Source: Candidatus Margulisiibacteriota bacterium (lineage in GTDB: Bacteria; Margulisbacteria; WOR-1; O2-12-FULL-45-9; XYB2-FULL-48-7). Taken from it: a DNA stretch of 64,000 nt. The notes below the pieces were generated by a model, which made no database searches, had not been told where the DNA came from, and worked only from the letters and a program-made list of their open reading frames with translations. A program made the position numbers and the translations under genes. The stretch spans positions 551,078 to 615,077 of the forward strand of contig JBAZKJ010000001.1 in the NCBI GenBank assembly GCA_041650855.1, read 5' to 3'. This document shows positions 48,240 through 56,360 of the stretch, one piece after another. How positions within the stretch are numbered: position 1 is the first letter of the stretch; every line of letters begins with the position of its first letter.

Positions 48240-49460
48240 TTATTTGTACCCGGTCAGCGTCATGGTAAAGGCGTCTTTGTCGACGCTAACTTGATACGGC
48301 CGGTCCTGGACGATCGAAGCCGCCAATATGTTCGCGACCGAATCTCCTGTGGCGACAGTCAGACCGGTATCGATCGCCGTTCCGGAGTAGCTGATCGCCG
48401 TCAGACCGACGTGCTTCTGGGTGTCGGCGTCGTACCAGCCGAACACTTTAACCGTTTGCTGCGCGGCCTTTTCGTTGATCTTTTCGATCAGCGCCTGGAC
48501 GGTCAGCGTTTTCGGCGCGCCGGTGGTTATTTCCGTCGTGCCATCCCAGATCCCGCTCGACGCGGTGAACGGAATAGAGAGCGTGTTGATGCCGGACGAC
48601 GGCCTCTTAAAGTACCAGGTAACGGGCACCAGGGTGGGACCGCCGGTCCCGCCGGTTAAAGTGGTCCACGCCGGATCGAGCGGAGCGCCGACCGTTGAGC
48701 CGAACCAGTTATAGGCCTTGGGGACAAATTGGTATGTTCCGGCAATGACCAGCGGGTCGGTGCTCGTGGAAAGGACCAGCGTGCCATTCGTGTATTTTGT
48801 CGCCGTCCCGCCCGCGCCCGGATAGGTCACATCTATTGAATATTTAGTCGTGCCTGGCGAAACCGCTGCAGTTTGGATCACTTTAGGCGTTGTTTCGCTG
48901 CAAACAACCGGGACTGTCAGCGTCAGAAACTGGTTCGTTGTGCTGCCGTCCCTTTGCGACGCTTCAACGACCGAGCCGATCGTCGGGGCGTTCGGCGCTT
49001 CTTCGAAATAATTTGCCGAAAAGTTCTTGAGCCACTGCATTGAAGAAGCGATGTTCGAGCCCAAGGCTAATGTTTGCGTCACGGTCTTATCGTCGCTATA
49101 ACCCTGCGTGCCGTACCCGTATTTCCCGCCGGCTTTGTATCTTACTGTAATATTGATCAAATTTTCGGCAAAATAGAACCGGTTAAACGCCGGCTTCCCT
49201 CCAGCCGCCGGGAGTTCATCGATCGTTCCATAAGGAACAAGCGGCGTCCCGTCCTGGTCGGGCGTCGGCAAGCTGGCGGAATTATAAAACTTCAACTCGC
49301 CTGCCAGATAAGCCGCTTTTGGGTCGCTGACCCCGGTGATGGTGCAGTCCGGCGAGCCGATGCTTTTTTCGATCTTAATATATCCTGACGCAAAGGCTGC
49401 TCCCGCCAGCAATAACACCAGCAGTGCAGTCAACCCTCCTTTGATATTGAAATTTTTCAT
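48240..49460 (-). CDS. secreted surface-operon protein with shared C-terminal module
   Basis: Start placed at MKNFNIKGG (SD GGAGGGAG 5 nt upstream). The MEGDNM start in the ORF track is a translation of the SD. C-terminal LIEKINEKAAQQTVKVFGWYD module. Confidence 0.75.
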   Translation of the reverse strand: MKNFNIKGGLTALLVLLLAGAAFASGYIKIEKSIGSPDCTITGVSDPKAAYLAGELKFYNSASLPTPDQDGTPLVPYGTIDELPAAGGKPAFNRFYFAENLINITVRYKAGGKYGYGTQGYSDDKTVTQTLALGSNIASSMQWLKNFSANYFEEAPNAPTIGSVVEASQRDGSTTNQFLTLTVPVVCSETTPKVIQTAAVSPGTTKYSIDVTYPGAGGTATKYTNGTLVLSTSTDPLVIAGTYQFVPKAYNWFGSTVGAPLDPAWTTLTGGTGGPTLVPVTWYFKRPSSGINTLSIPFTASSGIWDGTTEITTGAPKTLTVQALIEKINEKAAQQTVKVFGWYDADTQKHVGLTAISYSGTAIDTGLTVATGDSVANILAASIVQDRPYQVSVDKDAFTMTLTGYK

Positions 49461-49492
49461 ATTATCTCCCTCCATTAATTTATCACTACCTT

Positions 49493-51079
49493 CTAAGGCC
49501 TCGGCGCGTTCCAGTCGATTGGATCGGCATCCAGCTTGTGATAGTACCAGTATCCCTTCCCAATTTCGATCGGCGTATCAGCCCAGGCCGGATCGATCTT
49601 GGAAACAGGGATCAACCCGATTCCATCCCACTTTTGGATCACATCTTCATCTGTCGGGCCCGTGCCTAGCCCAAAGTTGTCAACAATATAATTGATCGGG
49701 TAAGGAGCCGCAATCAGGTTAAAGCTACCTCTGATCTGGCTGCTAAAGTCTGTGTTCTTGACCACTCCAACCATGCGCAATGCTCGCGGGTCTGCCCCAG
49801 TTCCGTCGGTTAATGGCCGGTAGACCCACAATCCCTTACCAAGCGTTATCTCGAAGGGCGGAGTTCCCCAGCCACCCGCCGTATCATTGTAGGAAGCCGG
49901 ATCCAACATCCAGTTGTTCGGATTAAAATCGGTCGTTTTCCATGACTGGATGATGCTTTCGTTCGGCAATTGTGCGCCAACAATATTAGGTATGCTTCCA
50001 TCAATGTGGTTGTTATCGGGCGAGCCGGACGGCGTCGTCGGGTAGAACGGCACGCCGACCAAGTTAAAGCCTTTGGCGAGATCCCATGTATACTTGACCG
50101 CGGTGATGGAGTTCTCCGAGTCTGCCATCCGGAGCGCCGGGTCGGAGGTGGTGACGACGCGGTAATACCGGATCGGCACGGCGGCGTCGGTGATGAGCTT
50201 AGATGTTACTCCGGCGACTTCCGAACCGAGGTTAACGCTGTAATCATCCGGGTTCGTAGAGAACGGCCCGCCGTCCTTGGCATAAATATGAATGGTATAT
50301 CCGGCCGGCGTATCGTAATCCCAGTGGAGGATCACGTTGCCGTTCGTCATCCTTTCGATCCAGGTCTTCCGGACCTTGCCGGTGTCGGCATTGCCGCCGA
50401 CGCTTAACCGGAAGCCGACCCAGGTAACGTTATTGGCGGTAACCGCCGCCGTCTTATTGACCGTGCCGTAGCTCGCCTTGGAACAGGCCAGCGCGTAAGA
50501 TCCCGGATCGAAATTGTCCAGCAAATAGGCGCCGCTGGTGTCGGAGGTATCGGAGGCGCCGGTATTGGCGATAATGGTCGCGCCCGCTACCACCGCCCCG
50601 ACTTCGTCGGTCACGATGCCGGCGATCTGGCCTTTGCCCGCCTGCGGCCCGCCGCCATTGATCAGCGTCAAGCCGGTAGTAATATAACCTTTGGACCAGT
50701 CAACCGTGCAGATCTCCGACGAACCGTAGTTGTTCGTAACGCCGCCCCAGTCCCTGACCACGGCGACGTTGAACACCGGCTTGCCGCCGATCTCCATATA
50801 GTTGTCGTCCTTGTGGTAAAAGAAGAGGTCATAGGCGTTAAAGTAGAACACGCCGCCGGTCCCCACTTCCGCCGTCACGACTTTGGTGCTGTCGAAAGTC
50901 GTGGCGTAAAGAATGACCGGGCGGCCGGCTAATTGGCCGCTCGGGTCGTTGACCGTCCCCTTGACCCAGTAGAACGGCATGGTGCCGGCTTGCGGCGCCG
51001 GCCAAACTGCCGCCGCGGCGCCGGCGAATATCGCCAGTCCGAGCAGCAGCAGTGTCAGTATCTTGATCCGTTTAAACAA
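49493..51079 (-). CDS. secreted surface-operon protein: CarboxypepD_reg-like N-module (x2) and shared C-terminal module
   Basis: TTG start with SD AAAGGGGAA. MPFYWVKGTVNDPSGQLAGRPVILY N-module. Second CarboxypepD_reg-like segment AGATIIANTGASDTSDTSGAYLLDNFDPGSY. C-terminal IEIGKGYWYY. Confidence 0.75.
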   Translation of the reverse strand: MFKRIKILTLLLLGLAIFAGAAAAVWPAPQAGTMPFYWVKGTVNDPSGQLAGRPVILYATTFDSTKVVTAEVGTGGVFYFNAYDLFFYHKDDNYMEIGGKPVFNVAVVRDWGGVTNNYGSSEICTVDWSKGYITTGLTLINGGGPQAGKGQIAGIVTDEVGAVVAGATIIANTGASDTSDTSGAYLLDNFDPGSYALACSKASYGTVNKTAAVTANNVTWVGFRLSVGGNADTGKVRKTWIERMTNGNVILHWDYDTPAGYTIHIYAKDGGPFSTNPDDYSVNLGSEVAGVTSKLITDAAVPIRYYRVVTTSDPALRMADSENSITAVKYTWDLAKGFNLVGVPFYPTTPSGSPDNNHIDGSIPNIVGAQLPNESIIQSWKTTDFNPNNWMLDPASYNDTAGGWGTPPFEITLGKGLWVYRPLTDGTGADPRALRMVGVVKNTDFSSQIRGSFNLIAAPYPINYIVDNFGLGTGPTDEDVIQKWDGIGLIPVSKIDPAWADTPIEIGKGYWYYHKLDADPIDWNAPRP

Positions 51080-51100
51080 AAATTTCCCCTTTGTTATCGC

Positions 51101-52393
51101 CTATTGGCTATTCTTTAAAACGAACTCGATCTTGGCCGGCGGCGCCGTGACCCCGTCCGCGTTGACCGTGCCGATATAGAACTGCGCGCCCATCCCCTCT
51201 TTAAGCGGCGAGGCCTTCAATGCCGCCGCAGCCGAAGAAGCGTCCGGATCGTTCAATGGCAGCAGTACATAGCTCGGCGTCTGGGTCGTTGCCAGCCAGC
51301 TGCCGACCGTGGAAACAACCTTATTCCCGGCCGCAGTGTTAATGACCTTGACCAGGTCGTAAGCCATTTTGACTTCATTTGTCGTGCTGCCGTCATAATT
51401 GGTAAAGTTGAGCGCCGCGCCCAGTTTATCGTACGCGAACCACGGCCCCGGCGACGGCATAGCGATAAAGTTCATCCCCGCGCCGAGCGGTGCCTGCGAT
51501 TCCAGCGTGATAACGTACGTGCCGGAGCCCGCGCCGCCGAACTTCGTGGTGAACGTGTAGGTGTTCGGGGCCGCGCTCGGACCGAACGCGTTCCAGCCGG
51601 TGGTCAGCAGGGTGTAGGTCGTTCCCGCCGTGAGCGCCAGGTTGTCCGGGGCCGCGGCGATCCGGCCGATCAGCTTGGTCGCCGGCGTGCTCGCGTGCGG
51701 CAGGGCGGAGAAACCGACCACTTCCAGCGACATGCCGCTGTAGGAATAATTGGTGTCATAGCCGAGCGTCAGGAACGCTTCACCCATGCTGACGTTCACC
51801 TGGTTAACAACGCCGCCGGTCGAATTGGTCACGGTCGGGGCCGGCGGTGCGCCTGCCGTCTTTTCGGTCCCGCCCAGGGTCCAGCTGGCGCCGACAATCA
51901 GGCCGAACGCGGTCGCGTCGGCCGGGACGGAATACGCCGTCAGGATCGAGTATCTGATAGTGCTCCAAACCACGGGGACGATCTTTTTGCCCAGCACCAG
52001 GTTATCTATGTCAACGTCGAGCCCGCTGCCAAAGTTGACGCTGGTCGTTGGCCCGGTCATGACCTTCAGGTTCGTCCCGTCATATTGGCAAGTAAAGGAG
52101 ATCGCCGGCGAATAGACGGTCGTGCCGACCTTGGCCAGTTTCGGCACCGTAATGTCGGTGGAGATCGCCGTGCCGTCGATCATCGGCTTGATGAAGCCGG
52201 CAATGATGTCGCTTTCGCCCCAGCCGGCCGGCACTTGCAGTACTATGATGTCCCGGTTTTGCAGAGCCGTCGTTAAAGAGAGCGATCCCTGTCTGAGCTG
52301 CATCGACATGCTTTCCGCGTTGGCGACGGAGCATAACAAGATCAAGCTTAAGGCCAGCAACCCACCTTTCACCAAAAATTTACTTACTCTCAT
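51101..52393 (-). CDS. secreted surface-operon protein with shared C-terminal module
   Basis: Signal peptide (MRVSKFLVKGGLLALSLILLCSVANA). SD AAGGGGGAA. C-terminal LVKVINTAAGNKVVSTVGSW ... GMGAQFYIG. Confidence 0.75.
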   Translation of the reverse strand: MRVSKFLVKGGLLALSLILLCSVANAESMSMQLRQGSLSLTTALQNRDIIVLQVPAGWGESDIIAGFIKPMIDGTAISTDITVPKLAKVGTTVYSPAISFTCQYDGTNLKVMTGPTTSVNFGSGLDVDIDNLVLGKKIVPVVWSTIRYSILTAYSVPADATAFGLIVGASWTLGGTEKTAGAPPAPTVTNSTGGVVNQVNVSMGEAFLTLGYDTNYSYSGMSLEVVGFSALPHASTPATKLIGRIAAAPDNLALTAGTTYTLLTTGWNAFGPSAAPNTYTFTTKFGGAGSGTYVITLESQAPLGAGMNFIAMPSPGPWFAYDKLGAALNFTNYDGSTTNEVKMAYDLVKVINTAAGNKVVSTVGSWLATTQTPSYVLLPLNDPDASSAAAALKASPLKEGMGAQFYIGTVNADGVTAPPAKIEFVLKNSQ

Positions 52394-52420
52394 CTTATTC
52401 CCCCTTTTACTTTGTGCGCC

Positions 52421-53644
52421 TTATTCGGCAAGGCTCATTGATTGATAACTCAAACCGGCCGCGTTCAAGCCCCAGCTAAAAGCCGTGACCGAAGCGGGAT
52501 TATTCGATTGATAGAAGTAGCCCCTGCCGCCCTTAAAATCAAGGACCGGCGGAGAAAGCGTCCAGGTGATCGCTGCTCCCGAGACAACCGCCTTTGCCTT
52601 ATCGTATGTCGGATTAGCCGCTGACGTTTTCTTGAAGACCGTGTCGTTGTTAGACGCGAAGTTAAATAAATTTGCCCCTTCGCCGTCCGGGATCGCCCTG
52701 GGAACCGCCATGGAAACGATCGCGAAGCCGCCATTCCCATAGATCCTCGAGGAACCCACCAACTGGACGCTGCCGAGCAGTGTTAACATCTTCGATGCGC
52801 TGGTCTTGACAAAACATCCTGTTCCGGCCGGGATGGTGAGCGAGAACGGATCGCTCCAGGCGGAACCGTTGTATATCGCTTTGTCGTAAGTCGGATTGCC
52901 GGAGGTCTTTTTAAAGATCATGTCTTGGTCCGACCAGTTCGCGATAAAATCGCTGACCAGATGACCTTCGCCTTTTACTAAATGGACGCCCACCAAATTG
53001 AAGCCGCTGGAAAGCTGGATATTGATCTTGCCGACCGCTTCCGCGCTCGGTATGTAGTAGCTGTATTGTGTCGACGGGATCGTCGACCAAAGAGCCTTAT
53101 AATAAACTTCACCCGTCCCCATTTTCACCTGGTTTTGGTGAACTAATTTATTATCCGCATAGGTGAATGTTCCATATCCATCCGGCGTTGGAGAGACCAA
53201 CGCGCCGCCGGAGGCGATCAGCTTCCATTTGGCCGCCGAATAGTCGTTTAAATATTCACCGGCGCCGTTGCCTATTAACGCGAAGATCTGCGGGTTATCT
53301 GTCGTTTCCCAAGTTATTTCGACGTTATTGCCGTTGGCGGATATGTATAATTTATAAGTCCCATCCGCGGCAATTCCCTGGTCGTCCAGCAAGCCCAGGA
53401 TCCCGGGAGTGATCCGGATCAGGCCGGTATCGTTCTGGAAATTAGCGCCTGCCGGCTCGCCGAATGTCTGGTAAAGCTTGATCGTCGCGTTCGCTTCTTT
53501 GGTCCCGCCGCCGTTGGCCGTGTCATACAGCGTGATCTGGGGGTCCGCGTTTATCAGCTTATCCGCGTACACCACGCCGCCGATGGCCAACACCATGGCC
53601 GCGACCAGCGAGATCCTAATTACTAAATTCGAAACTCTAAACAA
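52421..53644 (-). CDS. secreted surface-operon protein with internal duplicated FKKTS..PTYDKA module
   Basis: TTG start with SD AAGGGGAG. Signal peptide. Two repeats of the form D..(I/V)FKKTS(G/A)NPTYDKA. C-terminal GRGYFYQ. Confidence 0.75.
   Translation of the reverse strand: MFRVSNLVIRISLVAAMVLAIGGVVYADKLINADPQITLYDTANGGGTKEANATIKLYQTFGEPAGANFQNDTGLIRITPGILGLLDDQGIAADGTYKLYISANGNNVEITWETTDNPQIFALIGNGAGEYLNDYSAAKWKLIASGGALVSPTPDGYGTFTYADNKLVHQNQVKMGTGEVYYKALWSTIPSTQYSYYIPSAEAVGKINIQLSSGFNLVGVHLVKGEGHLVSDFIANWSDQDMIFKKTSGNPTYDKAIYNGSAWSDPFSLTIPAGTGCFVKTSASKMLTLLGSVQLVGSSRIYGNGGFAIVSMAVPRAIPDGEGANLFNFASNNDTVFKKTSAANPTYDKAKAVVSGAAITWTLSPPVLDFKGGRGYFYQSNNPASVTAFSWGLNAAGLSYQSMSLAE
53615..53642 (+). 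repeat. tandem heptamer array (CCTAATT ACTAAAT TCGAAAC TCTAAAC) overlapping the TTG start of surface-operon gene 52421-53644
   Basis: Reads GTTTAGAGTTTCGAATTTAGT in gene orientation and encodes F-R-V-S-N-L. Confidence 0.5.
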
Positions 53645-53656
53645 ATGCTTCTCCCC

Positions 53657-56335
53657 TTACTTCGCCGACTTGTCCTCCAGCGCTTTGATCCGCGCCTTCA
53701 GCGCTTCGTTCTCCGCTTTCAATTCCTTGATCGCTTCGACAAAGAGGGCGCTAAAGCCATTGTAGTTGACCGCTTTATAGCCGTCCGGCCCTTCGCTGAC
53801 CAACTCCGGCGCCACCTTCTCAATCTCCTGAGCGATCAACCCGAGCTGGGTCGTCCCCGGCAATCCTTTGGCCCCCGCATCCTTCCACTTATAGCTTACG
53901 CCTTGCAGTGCAGCAACCCTATTAAGCGAGCCGGAGAGCGGCGCTATGTCACTCTTAAGCCGCATATCTGAGAAGACAATGCCAACTGTTGAGTAACTAT
54001 ACTTACCGATCGACGTACCGTAAGTTATTTCGTCAGCTGTTAGTAACGGCGCTTTCATCCGACCAGTATTGTTATTAATCTGATAAGCGGCCTTCCAACC
54101 ACTCGAGCCCCTTACCCCCAACGCCGTTGTTGCCGGATAGTTCACCGTGGCAGGGAAATGCGCGAAAAGCGCCGAGTAGGTTGTGCCTGCCGTGTTATCA
54201 GCGATCCAGATCCCCGGAGCTTGCCCGCCGTTCGTCTCCGGCAAAAGAACAAGGTTTTTCTTGGTCCCGACCGCAAGGTCGTTGATATATTGCGTCTTGA
54301 AAACGTTGTTGGTAAGCCTAGCGTCGGCGATTGTGCCGGTCGTGATATTGGCCGCGTTAAGGCTGGTCAGGTTCGCTCCGCTGATAGCCGGAAGCGCCCC
54401 GGTTAACTTCGACGCGGTAATGCCGCTAGCGATCTTCGCATCGGTAACCGCGCTGGCCGCTATATCGGCCGTGGCAATGGTGTTCCTTTGCGCGATCGTT
54501 CCCAATCCAGCCGAAGCTTGCAGTTTGGTGAATGTCAGGTCGAAGTCTGACGCCACTTTGTGCCACGAACCGCCTACCACGTTCTGGTAGAGACCGGCAC
54601 CGTAGCTGCCTGATGGTGCGGTCAGATTAAAGAATGAACCGAGTGAGTAGTTCCCGGTGTAGCCCGTGCCTGCTGACGGTAAGGCCGTCCCGCTGGGCGC
54701 GACTTGCGAGAACGACAGCAATCCCGATACTTTTGACGCCGGCACGGCGGAGACGTTGCTTAAGTCGGTCTTCGCGTAACCGTCCAGAGCAACCGTGGTC
54801 AGGAAGTCGCCGCTCAAGTTTTGGACCTTGCTCATGTTCGTTGCCAATTTTTGCAGGCTTGATCCCGCCTTCAGCCGGTAAGTTGTGGTAACGCCGCTTT
54901 TGCTCGTATAGGTCCAATCCGACGCCGCGTTGCCGCTCATCCCCATCACGTGTTCTGCCAGCGCAACCCGGTCCTCAACGTCCGACCCTACCGGGTCGCC
55001 AGGGTCGGTTACCGGGCCTGCCGGATCGATCTTCTCAACCGATTGCATAAATTCCGGCAACTCAATTTTGAAGCTCCCTTTGGTGACCCAAATCTTGACA
55101 TCCCCTTCAGCGCTGGAGCTGACTTGGTCGACCACTCTGACCGGGACATTAACAACCGTGGCCCCCGTCGACGGGACCATGGTCGTGAAAACGATCTGGC
55201 CGGTCGTTGGGCCAAATATAACGTCCGAAACCGCTACCGTGATCGGGGGTAAAGGTAAATAACCACCGTCGGGCACGTGATACGCCGTTACAGTTCCCCG
55301 AAGATTCCAGAGGTAGTCGGGGACCCCTCCGCTGGCCTGCATCGTTACAGAAAAATCAGCTATCCCGGCCGAGGCTTTCATGACGTTTATAATCTTGTGT
55401 AAAGTGACCGGCTGCTTTTTAACCATGATGTTTCTTTCTTCGACAGCAACCTGGTTATAAAAATCTTTCATCCTAACCGTCAATTTTCTCCAGCCTTCTG
55501 TGGCGGTAAGCGCTACAGAGCCATTTAGCTGCGCCCTTTGCGTTGCCGTGGGGCCGGTACTAACCGTCAACGCCGACGGATTGATCCCCGTAACAGCCGG
55601 CTCGATTGAAACCGTCCAGGTAAAGGTCGGTGTCCCGGCGCCGGCTTTTCGTTCAAATACGCCTGACCAAGGTTTTCCAATATAGAAATAATCAGCGGGG
55701 TCGGTACTAATGGTAAACGCCGGAGAAGAAGTTACTCCCGTTATCGCTCCCTGGACGTTCATGTTCCCCCGGACCAGCAAGTCGCCGTTAATGTCACATT
55801 CGTAACCCGTTGTCACTTCCGGGGTCATGACGCCGACGCCGACGTTCGTGACCCGCAGCTTACTAAGGTCGCTGTAGCCCTGGATATCCAGGCCGTTGCC
55901 GGCGCCAACGCCGGTGCCGCCGGTCCTGATCCTGGCGACGTCATTCCACCAACCCAGGCTGACGCTCGCATTGTCGTTGTTGGGATTTCTGCTGATCACA
56001 TGTCCCGCTGTTATCGCGTAGGGAGCAGCAGTTAATGCCTGGCCCGGTAAAGCAGTGCCGTTCACTTCGACGGTAACTACGGCGTATTCGGGGAGCAATA
56101 ACGCGGTCTTTGACCCCAACTGGACGCTGAAAAAACCTTTTTCATCGATGTTAAGTTCGGTCGCGGTGTAGCTTTCCGACCAGCTGTTGATCCTGAACAC
56201 GACGGTTTGGCTGCCGGTCGGCGCCCCTTTCTTGAAGACCCCCTGGAAGTTTATTTTTTGCGGGACCGCCCAGCCCGGACTCGCCACCACCAGCGCCACA
56301 AAAAGGACCACGACCGCCATCATTAATTTTTTCAT
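53657..56335 (-). CDS. tail-fibre-like trimeric surface protein with C-terminal peptidase-S74 intramolecular chaperone domain
   Basis: 892 aa with signal peptide. Repetitive beta-helix/fibre-like middle. C-terminal 104 aa SDMRLKSDIAPLSG ... VSYKWKD ... GLIAQEIEKVAPELV ... IKELKAENEALKARIKALE matches the endosialidase chaperone domain. Confidence 0.85.
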   Translation of the reverse strand: MKKLMMAVVVLFVALVVASPGWAVPQKINFQGVFKKGAPTGSQTVVFRINSWSESYTATELNIDEKGFFSVQLGSKTALLLPEYAVVTVEVNGTALPGQALTAAPYAITAGHVISRNPNNDNASVSLGWWNDVARIRTGGTGVGAGNGLDIQGYSDLSKLRVTNVGVGVMTPEVTTGYECDINGDLLVRGNMNVQGAITGVTSSPAFTISTDPADYFYIGKPWSGVFERKAGAGTPTFTWTVSIEPAVTGINPSALTVSTGPTATQRAQLNGSVALTATEGWRKLTVRMKDFYNQVAVEERNIMVKKQPVTLHKIINVMKASAGIADFSVTMQASGGVPDYLWNLRGTVTAYHVPDGGYLPLPPITVAVSDVIFGPTTGQIVFTTMVPSTGATVVNVPVRVVDQVSSSAEGDVKIWVTKGSFKIELPEFMQSVEKIDPAGPVTDPGDPVGSDVEDRVALAEHVMGMSGNAASDWTYTSKSGVTTTYRLKAGSSLQKLATNMSKVQNLSGDFLTTVALDGYAKTDLSNVSAVPASKVSGLLSFSQVAPSGTALPSAGTGYTGNYSLGSFFNLTAPSGSYGAGLYQNVVGGSWHKVASDFDLTFTKLQASAGLGTIAQRNTIATADIAASAVTDAKIASGITASKLTGALPAISGANLTSLNAANITTGTIADARLTNNVFKTQYINDLAVGTKKNLVLLPETNGGQAPGIWIADNTAGTTYSALFAHFPATVNYPATTALGVRGSSGWKAAYQINNNTGRMKAPLLTADEITYGTSIGKYSYSTVGIVFSDMRLKSDIAPLSGSLNRVAALQGVSYKWKDAGAKGLPGTTQLGLIAQEIEKVAPELVSEGPDGYKAVNYNGFSALFVEAIKELKAENEALKARIKALEDKSAK

Positions 56336-56360
56336 TTTATTTCCTCCTAATCGACTTTTC

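Noticed and set aside
53657-56335. Prophage or mobile element interpretation of the tail-fibre-like gene and of the Xer recombinase at 5182
   Set aside because: There are no capsid, terminase, portal or integrase-attachment features anywhere in the window. The Xer gene sits in a housekeeping context (yceD-rpmF) and the fibre gene is embedded in a cellular secreted-protein operon.
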